DNA from: an uncultured Gammaproteobacteria bacterium
GTDB lineage: Bacteria; Patescibacteriota; Microgenomatia; UBA8517
DNA length: 64,000 bases
Assembly: GCA_964427735.1 (NCBI GenBank)
Contig: CAYRUS010000001.1
Location: forward strand, 290,173 to 354,172
Reading direction: 5' to 3'
The first letter of the stretch is position 1. Every line of letters starts with the position of its first letter. The position numbers and the translations under genes are program-made. Below, one piece after another: positions 18,802 through 29,107 of this stretch. The notes under the pieces were generated by a model. The model searched no databases and was not told the DNA's origin. It worked only from the letters and a program-made list of their open reading frames with translations.

Positions 18802-20346
18802 ATGAGTGCAGAACATTCCCCAGAACACCAGAACGGTCCGATAAAAGAGGGGGGTATGTCATTCCCCGACCCCAACTCATTTATTGAAAAACATGAAGTA
18901 TCTCAAAGGAATGATACTCCAGCCGAAGGACAAGTAGAAGAACAGCAATTCGAAGAAGGTAACTTTGAAGATATAAAAGAATCAGAAGATGAAATTTCTA
19001 CTAGTCATCATCATACAATTACCAACGGAAAAGAAATAACTGAAGAAGATATCATTAATAATAACCCAATAATGACAGTCAGAACACCAGGAGGTAAAGA
19101 AATTTCTGTAAGACCAAACCAGTTAATTGAAACATTTATCCGAAGGCAAAGTGCTAATGATAGTATCAATAACGTAATAGAAAGTACTGCAGCAGCTCTA
19201 TCAAAACAAATGAGTGAAGCAAATTTAGCTGAAGCAGCTGTTCAAATAAAGACTACACTTGCATTGGAGCATATAGCTAGAATGAGAAACCCACAATTTG
19301 ATAATCTCACAACTGAAGAACAAGATCAGGAAATAATTAGAGCAGCTAATTTAATTGAAACAACAACATCAATACTCGAAAGATCACAAACTCAACGTGC
19401 AAAAGCTGACTATCTTCAATCAGTATACAGATCGTTAGGTGAAGCAATGGCAAGAAATATTGTTAGCTGGAAATTGATGCCTCCCGAGGTAAGATCAGAA
19501 ATTTTAAGTCTATCACGAGACATAGCACATGGTTTAAAACTAGAAACTTTGGGTAACATCGCACCAGATGTATTTAAGAGAGGACTAGATTATGAAAGAC
19601 AACTATTTTTAACTCGTGCAGAAGCGGAAGAAGCTGCACGAAGAGCGAAGTTAGTTACTATGAAACAAGAGAAGGAAATTGAACATTCTGCGGCAATGCA
19701 GAAAATAGCTAAAGAAACTAAAGCTTGGGAAGAAGCTATAAAGGTTGGTGGTGAAGGAATAAAAACAGCCGTTAGAGAAACTATAACTACACCAATAGAA
19801 AAAATAGCTGTTGATATTCCAAGCAAAGCCATCGGAGAGTTAAGAAAGCATATTACTGGTTTTATAGGTGATATTAAATATATACTTACAAATTCAGAAG
19901 ATGGTGCGATACATGGATTTCCTGGTGCATTCGGAAAAGCATGGGATAGTTTTACTAAGAATATATCTACCAGACAAGTGTCTGGCGGTTTTGCTGGTGC
20001 CGGAGTTGCAATGTTCTATGGTATAAAAGTAAGTTATGGGTTACTAGTAAGTACAGTAGGTTTAGAAGTCCCTGTCTTGTCCAATTTGGTTCTATATGGT
20101 TTACCTTCTCTAGCAACAATCGCAGGATTTGCTACAGGAGGGGTTATTGCTAAAAATGCTCCACGCTGGTGGCATCAACTAAGGCATAGAGGAGAAAGTG
20201 TATCAAACTATTATGAAGAAGATGAAAACGATAGTTATGGTAGCCGATCAGCAACACGAACTGGGTATTTACCTGGGTTTTTAAATATAAGAAGTGGGCA
20301 AGGGCAACCTGAAGAAGAAAGTTCTGTTGATGAATGGGGGCATTAG
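18802..20346 (+). CDS. hypothetical protein with an acidic N-terminus, coiled-coil middle and glycine-zipper C-terminal TM pair
   Basis: 514 aa; C-terminus VSGGFAGAGVAMFYG...LPSLATIAGFATGGVIA; no identifiable family. Confidence 0.5.
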   Translation: MSAEHSPEHQNGPIKEGGMSFPDPNSFIEKHEVSQRNDTPAEGQVEEQQFEEGNFEDIKESEDEISTSHHHTITNGKEITEEDIINNNPIMTVRTPGGKEISVRPNQLIETFIRRQSANDSINNVIESTAAALSKQMSEANLAEAAVQIKTTLALEHIARMRNPQFDNLTTEEQDQEIIRAANLIETTTSILERSQTQRAKADYLQSVYRSLGEAMARNIVSWKLMPPEVRSEILSLSRDIAHGLKLETLGNIAPDVFKRGLDYERQLFLTRAEAEEAARRAKLVTMKQEKEIEHSAAMQKIAKETKAWEEAIKVGGEGIKTAVRETITTPIEKIAVDIPSKAIGELRKHITGFIGDIKYILTNSEDGAIHGFPGAFGKAWDSFTKNISTRQVSGGFAGAGVAMFYGIKVSYGLLVSTVGLEVPVLSNLVLYGLPSLATIAGFATGGVIAKNAPRWWHQLRHRGESVSNYYEEDENDSYGSRSATRTGYLPGFLNIRSGQGQPEEESSVDEWGH

Positions 20347-20374
20347 GATTAATTAATCTGCTCAACAACTTCTT

Positions 20375-21466
20375 ATGAAAGCAGAAAATCAAAAAAACAC
20401 ATCCCAATCTGTCGAATCTGTAAAAATATACCCTCCCCTTTTGGGTATTGCTCCCCATCAGGTAATACCTGATTTGCCAAGCAAGGCAAGAAGAGGAAAT
20501 GAAGTTATTTCTGCATTAGAAAATCTCAAGAAAGCAATGTCGACTCACGAATCAAAGGTAATATTTAACCCTGTCGACGGTGACACATACTTCTTAACTG
20601 CACATATTCCCAATTTAAACAAAGATCTAGTATTTTTCAGAAATTTCACAGATGAAGGTGTTTTAGATAAAGAAATAGAGAAGAAAATGCTTCGTTATTT
20701 TTATGAAACAGTCGGGATATTAAATGAGGATGATCTAAGAATAATAAGTGAATATCGAAAAAGAAGTTCTACCCCTCAATTAAGGCCCCAGCCTTCAGCA
20801 CCAATTGTTAGTAAAAGAAGAGAGCCTAGACGAAAAATGGCAAAAAATCCTGTTGAGGAAATCAAACAAGGTGACTTTTCAAATACACCTTCAAAAGTGG
20901 CAACTTCTGAAGTTTATCATGAACAAGAAGGAAACAACCCACTAATTACTAAAAGTGGATATCAAACTAATAAGGAAGAAGAAGCTTTGGGCAGTAATTC
21001 AAGCACTTTAAATCTCGCTCCTGTTTTTTATAAACTAATACAAAAAGGTTTTTTTCCATCTAATAAGCAAATACTGTACCATGATCAACTGCCTTTATCA
21101 GAATCTCTTGATTTAGATATATTTGCTAAAGAGTTCAACTTGACTGTCAGGGAAGCTCTTGATGATGGCAAAAGTAAAGCTGTTATGTACATTGCTATAA
21201 CAGAACTAGTAGAACATTTTCCCAAGGAGACAATAATAAATTCATGGTCAGAAATAGCAAACCTAGGAAAAGAATATTTAGCTCAAATAAATAGGGATAA
21301 AGATCCATTAATACCCAAATTAACTTATTTGGAAGACACTAAATCTATTGTCTTAGTTGGTTTACTTCCGACTAATGAGGATGCAGAATACATAGAAATT
21401 ATGATCAATCTAGTAATATGGAGTTTTACTAGCCTACAAAGTATGCTAAAATCGCAAAATATATAA
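20375..21466 (+). CDS. hypothetical protein
   Basis: 363-aa ORF co-directional with, and tightly following, the previous gene. Confidence 0.5.
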   Translation: MKAENQKNTSQSVESVKIYPPLLGIAPHQVIPDLPSKARRGNEVISALENLKKAMSTHESKVIFNPVDGDTYFLTAHIPNLNKDLVFFRNFTDEGVLDKEIEKKMLRYFYETVGILNEDDLRIISEYRKRSSTPQLRPQPSAPIVSKRREPRRKMAKNPVEEIKQGDFSNTPSKVATSEVYHEQEGNNPLITKSGYQTNKEEEALGSNSSTLNLAPVFYKLIQKGFFPSNKQILYHDQLPLSESLDLDIFAKEFNLTVREALDDGKSKAVMYIAITELVEHFPKETIINSWSEIANLGKEYLAQINRDKDPLIPKLTYLEDTKSIVLVGLLPTNEDAEYIEIMINLVIWSFTSLQSMLKSQNI

Positions 21467-21505
21467 AAATGGCCAACTATTTTGTAAATATAACAATAAA
21501 AAACC

Positions 21506-22222
21506 ATGACAGAATTAACGGCTCGAGAAAAATTTACCAGAGTTGGATTAACAGGCCTTTTAGGGTTAATTTTCGCTAGTATTGGCTATAAATACGTGTC
21601 TAACGAAATGGGAATCGAAATAGAAGTTCTGGAAGAGATGTTCTCTAGCAATGGAAGATCTCCATCTTCTCAATTACCAACCTCAATTTATACATCAACA
21701 CTAACTCCAGCAGAAAATCAAGTAATATCTCCAACATTAACATCTCAACCTCAAGAAGTACAAAGTCAACTTGAATCCCTGATAGAACATTCGGAAAAAG
21801 TAGCCGCATTCTTAAGGCAACTTGAGAAACGAGAAGCTGATTTAAAATATGAAAATATATATTACCCAGCGGGAGAGCTACACAGTGCACCTGTCGGAGA
21901 AATTGTAATAGCATCTCACTACCACGACAAATATAATGGAAGTAAAACGTCCTCAGGAGAAATATTTAATCAAAACAGTGATATTTGTGCCACCTGGGGT
22001 TATCCTTTGGAAACTGAACTAACTATAATAAATATATCTAATGGAAGAACAGCCAGATGCAGAGTTAAAGATAGAGGACCAAATAGATATATAGATGGTA
22101 ACCCATCTAATACTTCATTTTTAGACCTTACACAATCAACATTCGATTATTTAGCACCTCTCACTGAAGGGGTTATAGAGGTAATGGTATTTCCAACTGG
22201 GCACCCTGCATATAGACCATAG
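21506..22222 (+). CDS. membrane-anchored RlpA-like double-psi beta-barrel (DPBB) domain protein
   Basis: C-terminal ASHYHDKYNGSKTSSGEIFN...ARCRVKDRGP...LDLTQSTFDYLA resembles the RlpA DPBB fold; N-terminal TM. Confidence 0.6.
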   Translation: MTELTAREKFTRVGLTGLLGLIFASIGYKYVSNEMGIEIEVLEEMFSSNGRSPSSQLPTSIYTSTLTPAENQVISPTLTSQPQEVQSQLESLIEHSEKVAAFLRQLEKREADLKYENIYYPAGELHSAPVGEIVIASHYHDKYNGSKTSSGEIFNQNSDICATWGYPLETELTIINISNGRTARCRVKDRGPNRYIDGNPSNTSFLDLTQSTFDYLAPLTEGVIEVMVFPTGHPAYRP

Positions 22223-22245
22223 AAAAATTTAAATAGAAGTTTTAT

Positions 22246-22674
22246 TTACTGGATAGTTACCTGAATTGTATCTGAACCTACATTACCTTCAGTGTCAGTT
22301 GCTTCTGCTGAGATTTCGTATGTTCCTGGCTCATACGAAGAGCTATGAAATTGTGCTTGACAAAAATTACCCTCACAAGTATGTAAAAGCTCGTCTTGTA
22401 TATAAAGGGATATTGTCTTGACTATCTCAGAATCATCTTCTGCCTGAGCAGAAACAGTATAGGTAGAATTCATATCAAGAGTTGCTCCATTTTCTGGATT
22501 AAATACTGCAACCATTGGAGGTTTAATATCTTTAACGTTTAAACCAGCCCTGCCTGTAATATCTTGCTCACGACTGACTAAAACCACACCAGTTGCAATA
22601 CCTATCAGAAGAACAGCTACGAAGGAGATCTCTACAACTTTTTTTGCAAAAATAGTGGGCTGTTTGTTGCTCAT
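22246..22674 (-). CDS. membrane-anchored Ig-like domain protein (pilin-like N-terminal hydrophobic segment)
   Basis: Basic N-terminus followed by a hydrophobic helix, then a beta-rich domain; 142 aa. Confidence 0.5.
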   Translation of the reverse strand: MSNKQPTIFAKKVVEISFVAVLLIGIATGVVLVSREQDITGRAGLNVKDIKPPMVAVFNPENGATLDMNSTYTVSAQAEDDSEIVKTISLYIQDELLHTCEGNFCQAQFHSSSYEPGTYEISAEATDTEGNVGSDTIQVTIQ

Positions 22675-22697
22675 TAATCGATACTCTCTAAATAATA

Positions 22698-23390
22698 TTA
22701 CTCTTCAAAAACTATACTTTCAAGATCTACGTCTAGGTCAGATAAAATCTCCTGTATATCCTTGAGCATGGCTTTTGGTCCACAAACATAAAAATGTTGA
22801 TTAAAGCTTTTTATATGCTTTTTTAGAAAATCTTTATCAATTCTACCTTGCTCATATCCCATTGCATCTTCACGAGTGAGAGTTAAAACCAGATCGTCTT
22901 TAAAATAATGTCTAAGTTCTTTTTCCTGAATTATGTCTTTTTTCCCCTTATTAGAATAGAGTAGACTGCTTCCTTTCAGCTCGCCCTTGTTGTACAAATC
23001 TCTAAAAATAGCAATGAAGGGTGTTATACCCGCTCCACCCGCAATAAAAACTCCAGTACCTTTGTATTGTATAGTCCCCCAAGGATCACCAATGATTAAT
23101 TCATCTCCTGGAGAAAGTTGATGCAATTTTTCTGTTACTCCTTCGTGATTAGGATAGTCTGCCACAGGGTAGCCTTTAATGGTAAATTCCAAAACTTTAT
23201 CGTCATTTAAAGAGGTAAATGTGAATGGGTGTTTTTTATCCTTAAACCCTTCAATGTTTATTGCAACTTCTGTAGCTTGACCTGGAGTGTATTTATATCC
23301 ATCTGGCTTTTCTATAATAAACCTCTTTGTGTCATGAGTTACAAATTGCTTCATCAATATCTTAACTGTGTATTCCATAGTATTTATCAT
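22698..23390 (-). CDS. FAD/NAD(P)-binding oxidoreductase of the ferredoxin-NADP reductase superfamily
   Basis: HPFTFTS (RxYS-like FAD site) and GGAGITP NAD(P)-binding motif, then CGPKAM. Confidence 0.7.
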   Translation of the reverse strand: MINTMEYTVKILMKQFVTHDTKRFIIEKPDGYKYTPGQATEVAINIEGFKDKKHPFTFTSLNDDKVLEFTIKGYPVADYPNHEGVTEKLHQLSPGDELIIGDPWGTIQYKGTGVFIAGGAGITPFIAIFRDLYNKGELKGSSLLYSNKGKKDIIQEKELRHYFKDDLVLTLTREDAMGYEQGRIDKDFLKKHIKSFNQHFYVCGPKAMLKDIQEILSDLDVDLESIVFEE

Positions 23391-23441
23391 ACCTCATTTT
23401 TGCATTTGATTCACATACTAATTCTGTTATAGTTTGTCGTA

Positions 23442-24911
23442 TTGAAACGAGTAAAAATTATGCACAATCCACTGTCCCATCCTTTTGCATTCATAGATGT
23501 TGAAACAACTGGAATAAATCCAGTAGCAGATAGAATTATAGAAGTAGGAATCGTAAGAGTTGAGAATGGCAAAGTTGTACATAAGTTCCAAACACTCGTC
23601 AACCCTCACTCCTTTGTACCTCCAGAGATCGTACAGCTAACAGGAATATCAACAATACAACTAGAAAGAGCTCCGGACTTTACAGAGATTCAAGGACAAA
23701 TAAAAGAAGTTTTAGATGGTGCAATTTTTGTTGCTCATAATGCTCGCTTTGACTATGCATTTGTAAAAAACGAATTTAAGAGAAACGGTAATAGCTTTAC
23801 TTCTAAAGTTCTCTGCACTGTAAAGTTATCCAGAAAACTTTTTCCTTCACTTCCCCGCCACAACTTGGACACCATAATACAACACTTTGCTATTACAGCC
23901 GAAAAGCGACATCGTGCTTTTGATGATGCCCATGTCCTATGGAAATTCTTCAAATTGGCTCAAAAGCAACGTGCAGAAGAATTTGAAAAAGTTTTACAAG
24001 CATTATTAAAAACTCCATCAATTCCGCCGAAACTCTCAGACAGTAAATTAAATAATCTTCCAGAAAGTCCTGGTGTTTATAGTTTTTTAAACAAAGACGG
24101 ATTAACTCTTTATATTGGTAAAAGTAAAAATATAAAAGAAAGAATCAAATCTCACTTTACAAATGACCACCAAAGTCTGAAGGAATTAAAAATTTCTAAA
24201 AATATAGCCTCTATTGAAACGCTAAAAACAGCAGGAGAGTTGGGTGCATTAGTCAGGGAATCACAAATGATAAAAACAATACAACCTTTGTACAACAGAC
24301 AACTGAGAAGAACAAAAAGCTTACTAGCAGTTATACAAGTTCCGGATAAAGACAATTACTACAAAGCAGAATTTGTAAATGCAAATTCAATTACAGAAGA
24401 AAATGTTGAAAGTGTACTTGCAGTATTCAAAAGTAAGAAACAGGCAAAAGCCACATTAGCTGAGATTGCTTTTAAACATAATTTATGTCCAAAACTCCTC
24501 GGACTAGAAAAAGGAACTGGTTCTTGCTTCAATTACCAACTGGATAAATGCAAAGGAGCATGCATATACAAAGAAAACTCTCTGATTTATAACCTACGAG
24601 TTATAGAAGCCTTTTCTAAATTCCGCATTCCCCCATGGCCTTTCGAAAACATTATATTAATTTCAGAGGAGTCAGAGGAATTCACAGAACAACACATTGT
24701 CTATAAATGGTTCTATCTTGGATCTATAGTAATAGACAAAACAAGTAATGACTCAAAAATTAACAAACACGAAGTAAAATTTGATTATGATATGTACAAG
24801 ATAATTAAAAACTATATAAAGTCTGCTCCTAAAAACGTATCTATTACTAACATCACCAAACTAGAAGAATTAAGGCAGTCTCTTAGAAACGGTTTACTAC
24901 CGCTTAATTAA
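23442..24911 (+). CDS. DnaQ-like DEDDh 3'-5' exonuclease fused to a GIY-YIG (UvrC/Cho-like) nuclease domain
   Basis: FIDVETTG...FVAHNARFDYAF...HRAFDDA exonuclease motifs I-III; then GVYSFLNKDGLTLYIGKSKNIKERIKSHF GIY-YIG; a C-terminal ~200 aa is unassigned. Confidence 0.75.
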   Translation: MKRVKIMHNPLSHPFAFIDVETTGINPVADRIIEVGIVRVENGKVVHKFQTLVNPHSFVPPEIVQLTGISTIQLERAPDFTEIQGQIKEVLDGAIFVAHNARFDYAFVKNEFKRNGNSFTSKVLCTVKLSRKLFPSLPRHNLDTIIQHFAITAEKRHRAFDDAHVLWKFFKLAQKQRAEEFEKVLQALLKTPSIPPKLSDSKLNNLPESPGVYSFLNKDGLTLYIGKSKNIKERIKSHFTNDHQSLKELKISKNIASIETLKTAGELGALVRESQMIKTIQPLYNRQLRRTKSLLAVIQVPDKDNYYKAEFVNANSITEENVESVLAVFKSKKQAKATLAEIAFKHNLCPKLLGLEKGTGSCFNYQLDKCKGACIYKENSLIYNLRVIEAFSKFRIPPWPFENIILISEESEEFTEQHIVYKWFYLGSIVIDKTSNDSKINKHEVKFDYDMYKIIKNYIKSAPKNVSITNITKLEELRQSLRNGLLPLN

Positions 24912-25556
24912 ATTCATCAAAAATATAAAAATTATATCTATTACTATTGGTACTAGTAAAAAGAGTGATGCATTTTTAAAAAGATTATTAATAAGTTCTT
25001 GTCTCTCTGCTGAAAAATCTACAGTTATATTTACACCGAGTAATTTATAGCCCGCAAAAAGAACCAAAAAAATAACACCAACTATCCAAAAACCCTCTGT
25101 ATCCTTTTTACTTAAAAACATGGTGTTAGAAACTTGAAATATCAAATATACAGCAAACAAAGAAAATAAAAGATTTTCTGGAAATAAGTTCCTTGAAGTT
25201 ATCCAATAAATTATAAAAAAAATAATTGCTAGTCCAAATAATAAAGGTGCCAAACCAACTATCAAGCGTCTGAAGGGATCTGTTTTACCAATTGGAACAC
25301 TTCCTAATTTTAAATTATCTCCATCTTTTCGAGGCATTAGCTCGATATTCCCTACAGGAACTAATAAAAATAAGGCACTTAAAAAATGAGCAGTTTCATG
25401 AATAAATGTACCCGGCAAAAAAATTAAAGCAAATATCTTTTCAACTTTGGAATCTTTCCGAAAAACTTTATATAAAAACCTCATAGTGGAATAGATCAAC
25501 CTTTTTGATAAAAACAGAAGAATCACAAGTTCAATTAAAAAAATATAAATATACAT
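24897..25556 (-). CDS. polytopic membrane protein with an HExxH motif (putative membrane metalloprotease)
   Basis: PGTFIHETAHFLSA lies in a predicted TM context. Confidence 0.45.
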   Translation of the reverse strand: MYIYIFLIELVILLFLSKRLIYSTMRFLYKVFRKDSKVEKIFALIFLPGTFIHETAHFLSALFLLVPVGNIELMPRKDGDNLKLGSVPIGKTDPFRRLIVGLAPLLFGLAIIFFIIYWITSRNLFPENLLFSLFAVYLIFQVSNTMFLSKKDTEGFWIVGVIFLVLFAGYKLLGVNITVDFSAERQELINNLFKNASLFLLVPIVIDIIFIFLMNLIKR

Positions 25557-25691
25557 ACACTTATTCTATATTATTATTCTATCCTTTCTCCAAATATCTA
25601 ATAAACCTAATAAAATTGGTGTGTAAATTTATTTAATGAAGAACAAGACCTTGAAAGGAGACTCCCTTAAAGGTAGTCGCACAATTTACTT

Positions 25692-26393
25692 TTAAATTGT
25701 ATTGATTCTACTGCACACAGGCCATGCGCCAAATCCGTCTCTACTCATCTTGAAGGCGGCGGTTTTGGCAGCTTCTTCTGGATTAAATCTTAAACCTGGA
25801 TCAGGGTTTAGTCCCATGGCTTTTCTATTTGATTGCCAAGTTGATGATGAGAATTGATAAATACCAGCATAAGGTCCATTAACAGCACTGGGGTTGTAAC
25901 CAGATTCACAACTTGCAATGCTTAACATTCTACCTGCATCTACACCATATTCATTTGCATATCTCACAATCATTTGTTGAACTTCAGTATCTGCAGGTAG
26001 AGATTCTATCTCTTCAATATCTTCTGCTATTTGAGAGGGCAAAGGAGGTGCTGTAGCTGCCAATACTTCTACATTATTTATTTTCTCTTCCCGATGTATG
26101 GATACAGACGCAACCCGAATATTGGGTTTACCTAGATCTTCCCTAGCTTTTACTATTTTTTTGTTTAAATGAGTGGTGTCTTTGTTCGACTCTGATATGT
26201 TTACTTTATCAATATAATAATCAACTGTATCATGTATTTCATTTTGTTCTTTGGAATTTGATATAAAAATATCATTTTCGGCAATAGAAGCCCCTGCCGT
26301 GTTTAATAAAATAAAGGCAGCCACAACAATAGTAAGGTCATAAGCTAATGTAATTAGCTCAAAAATGACACCTTTTGCAAAAGTTTTTTGCAT
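25692..26393 (-). CDS. membrane-anchored transglycosylase-like (lysozyme-like) domain protein
   Basis: C-terminal CESGYNPSAVNGPYAGIYQFSSSTWQS...WPVC; paralog of the 27549-28112 gene. Confidence 0.65.
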   Translation of the reverse strand: MQKTFAKGVIFELITLAYDLTIVVAAFILLNTAGASIAENDIFISNSKEQNEIHDTVDYYIDKVNISESNKDTTHLNKKIVKAREDLGKPNIRVASVSIHREEKINNVEVLAATAPPLPSQIAEDIEEIESLPADTEVQQMIVRYANEYGVDAGRMLSIASCESGYNPSAVNGPYAGIYQFSSSTWQSNRKAMGLNPDPGLRFNPEEAAKTAAFKMSRDGFGAWPVCSRINTI

Positions 26394-26626
26394 TAGCCGA
26401 GTATTTTACTCCCAAAAACCCTATAATTCAAGTAAATAAGCTGGGTTTTGACACTAACTTATGCGGAATTAGCCTCAAATCTATTAGAATTTCCTTTTCA
26501 CGACGGGGAGTGAAACATGATTTTACTAGTTAAATTTTGACGCTCCGGAAGAGGTTTTTTCAAAATCTTTAAAGTCTCTTACATTTATTTGCTACCAAAT
26601 TTAAACAACTTAACTAAAATTTTAGT

Positions 26627-27301
26627 ATGGAAGACAGATGGAGTATTGATATCGAATTTTTGGAACAAGGAGATATTTTCTTTTTTTACAAACTAAAAAA
26701 GGGTGTTAAAAGTGCATCTAGTATTGATGATGTCAGTAGATTTTATTTTGTACTCTCCCCTACAGGGAATAATCCACGAAGATATATAGTTATGGGTAAA
26801 AAAAGAATGCCTTATATAAATGACGGAGGAAAAACAGGTTGGGGGTTTATTGAAAAAGTTGGTGGAAGAGGTTATGAAGTTTCAAAGGAATCAAGATCTA
26901 AAAAAGCAACAAAAAGAGGAGCTCGGCCAGTAGGAGAGGGCTTATACTCTATTGCTCGCCACAGAGATCATACTCACCTTTTTTTTGTTTTAGAGTTACC
27001 AAAAAGACCAGGTGAAGTACAAAATGCACTAAATATAAAACGGCGTGGAGACTTTATATTTAATATTCAAACTGAAGAGGATAAAGGCGGAAACAAGTTC
27101 ATTCCAGTCTCTGACTCAAACGCTTTAAATATTGAGGGGAGAGAATTACTACTAACTGGTGTAGGAGCAAACTTGTCACGGCTAGGAATTAAAGTTGATT
27201 CTGATATTGAAACCGAAGAAACAGCTGAAATATTTACTAGACTGAAAGTAGATAAAACTCGCCATCCAATATCTCCTTTAATAAAAGGTGAATGGGCTTA
27301 A
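26627..27301 (+). CDS. hypothetical basic protein
   Basis: 224-aa ORF with no recognizable motifs; flanked by the two transglycosylase-like paralogs. Confidence 0.5.
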   Translation: MEDRWSIDIEFLEQGDIFFFYKLKKGVKSASSIDDVSRFYFVLSPTGNNPRRYIVMGKKRMPYINDGGKTGWGFIEKVGGRGYEVSKESRSKKATKRGARPVGEGLYSIARHRDHTHLFFVLELPKRPGEVQNALNIKRRGDFIFNIQTEEDKGGNKFIPVSDSNALNIEGRELLLTGVGANLSRLGIKVDSDIETEETAEIFTRLKVDKTRHPISPLIKGEWA

Positions 27302-27548
27302 AGTAAGTACTTTTGAATAAAGTCATTATCTTTTGGTATATCTTCTTCTTATACGTTTTTGTTCTTTATGGTTAGATCCTGTCTTTCCTAAAAACCTTTG
27401 TATAAGTAATTTTGAGATAATAGGATTTACATATTTGTCATTGGAGGTTTGTGTAACTTTGAATCTTTCCTTTCCAGCCATAGATTAAGATTAGCCAAAA
27501 TAACCAACAATATCAACTATAAGATTAAAGAGATATTTAGCCCAATGA

Positions 27549-28112
27549 TTATTGGCAACTAGGCCACATAGAGATGCCTCCTCTTACCATAAAAAATGCA
27601 GCTGTTTTCATTGATTCCTCTGCGTTAAACCTTAACTCAGGATTTGGATCCAATCCCATTATGTTTCTATTTTCAATCCAGCGTGATTCTGTATACTGAT
27701 ACATACCTCCATAGGCTCCGTTTTTAGCAGTTGAATTAAAATTACTCTCACATTTAGCTATTTTTTTTAATAGGTTTTTATCAACACCATACTGATTAGC
27801 TACACTCTCAAAAAGAGATTCTAAATCGGCAGGGGCACTAATAGTTGGTGTTTCAGTAGGCTGTGGTACAGGAGTAGGAGTTGCTGTAATTGTTGGCATT
27901 GGCTCAATTGTAGGAGTTGAGGTAGGAGTTGGTGTTGTAGGTAAAGGAGTTTCTGTCTCTTCTGGCAAAGAAGTAGTAGCTAGCTTGTTTTCTTGGGTAA
28001 TTGATTCTCCTAAAACAACAGTTTGCTTATTCCTAGGAAAATAACCCGAGATTACTGACAAGATCACCACTAGTGCAACAATTACCAAAGAAATTAGGAT
28101 ATTGGTTTTCAT
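27549..28112 (-). CDS. membrane-anchored transglycosylase-like domain protein with a Pro/Thr-rich linker
   Basis: CESNFNSTAKNGAYGGMYQYTESRW...WPSC; start taken at MKTNILISL, the internal Met of the annotated ORF. Confidence 0.65.
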   Translation of the reverse strand: MKTNILISLVIVALVVILSVISGYFPRNKQTVVLGESITQENKLATTSLPEETETPLPTTPTPTSTPTIEPMPTITATPTPVPQPTETPTISAPADLESLFESVANQYGVDKNLLKKIAKCESNFNSTAKNGAYGGMYQYTESRWIENRNIMGLDPNPELRFNAEESMKTAAFFMVRGGISMWPSCQ

Positions 28113-28171
28113 TGCTTTTAAAGTATACCAGCATTTACATTGCCAGAATAAGTTATAATAAGTTTTAGAAA

Positions 28172-28693
28172 ATGGAAAATGCAATATTTGCAGGTGGATG
28201 TTTTTGGTGTACTGAGGCTCTTTTTAAAAGAATAAAAGGTGTACAAAAAGTAATACCTGGCTATACAGGTGGAAAAAGCGAAAACCCTAATTACAAAGAT
28301 GTATCTTCAGGACAAACAGGGCATGCAGAAGCAATCCGAGTTACTTTTGATCCAAAAAAAATCTCTTATCAGGATTTGCTTTATATATTTTTCAGAGTAC
28401 ACGATCCTACAACCTTAAATAAACAAGGAGCTGATGTCGGAACTCAATACAGATCAGCTATTTTTTACAGTAATGAAACTCAAAAAGATTTTGCTAGTAA
28501 AGCAAAATTAGAAGCACAAAAAATTTATAACGACCCAATTGTTACAGAAATTGTACCGCTTAACGATTTCTACCCGGCAGAGAATTATCATCAAAATTAT
28601 TATGAAAACAACCCTAACCAAACATATTGCAAAATTGTCATTGACCCTAAAATCAAAAAGCTGGAAACTGAACTACAAGAATACATAAGTTAA
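28172..28693 (+). CDS. msrA: peptide methionine-S-sulfoxide reductase MsrA
   Basis: AIFAGGCFWCTEALF active-site motif; 173 aa. Confidence 0.92.
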   Translation: MENAIFAGGCFWCTEALFKRIKGVQKVIPGYTGGKSENPNYKDVSSGQTGHAEAIRVTFDPKKISYQDLLYIFFRVHDPTTLNKQGADVGTQYRSAIFYSNETQKDFASKAKLEAQKIYNDPIVTEIVPLNDFYPAENYHQNYYENNPNQTYCKIVIDPKIKKLETELQEYIS

Positions 28694-28733
28694 GATTGCC
28701 TAATTATTTTTATACCAATATAATTGATACATC

Positions 28734-29099
28734 ATGGCAAAAATCATATCAGTATTTGCACTTCTAGTTATCGTAATAGCAGGTTTTCTCTTTATTAAAA
28801 ATGAGAACTCCTCAAATGAAAACCCACCTAATGAAATTAACCAAAAAAATATAAATATACAACCAACACAGGGTATGATTACTGAGATTAGTGAAGAATC
28901 CATAGAATATAAAGATTCTATTCTTGTTAAATTGGAAAATGATCCAACAAACATTTATGTGACAAACGAAACCCAGGTGAAAGACGCAGATGGAAACTCA
29001 CTAGAAAGAGAAGTTCTTAATACTGGAATGCAAGTTGCAGTTATTGCCGAACCCACAGAAGGCGGAATCGAAGCAAGAGAAGTAATTGTAATAAAGTAA
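28734..29099 (+). CDS. small secreted/membrane-anchored hypothetical protein
   Basis: N-terminal hydrophobic helix; 121 aa. Confidence 0.45.
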   Translation: MAKIISVFALLVIVIAGFLFIKNENSSNENPPNEINQKNINIQPTQGMITEISEESIEYKDSILVKLENDPTNIYVTNETQVKDADGNSLEREVLNTGMQVAVIAEPTEGGIEAREVIVIK

Positions 29100-29107
29100 A
29101 TTTTATT

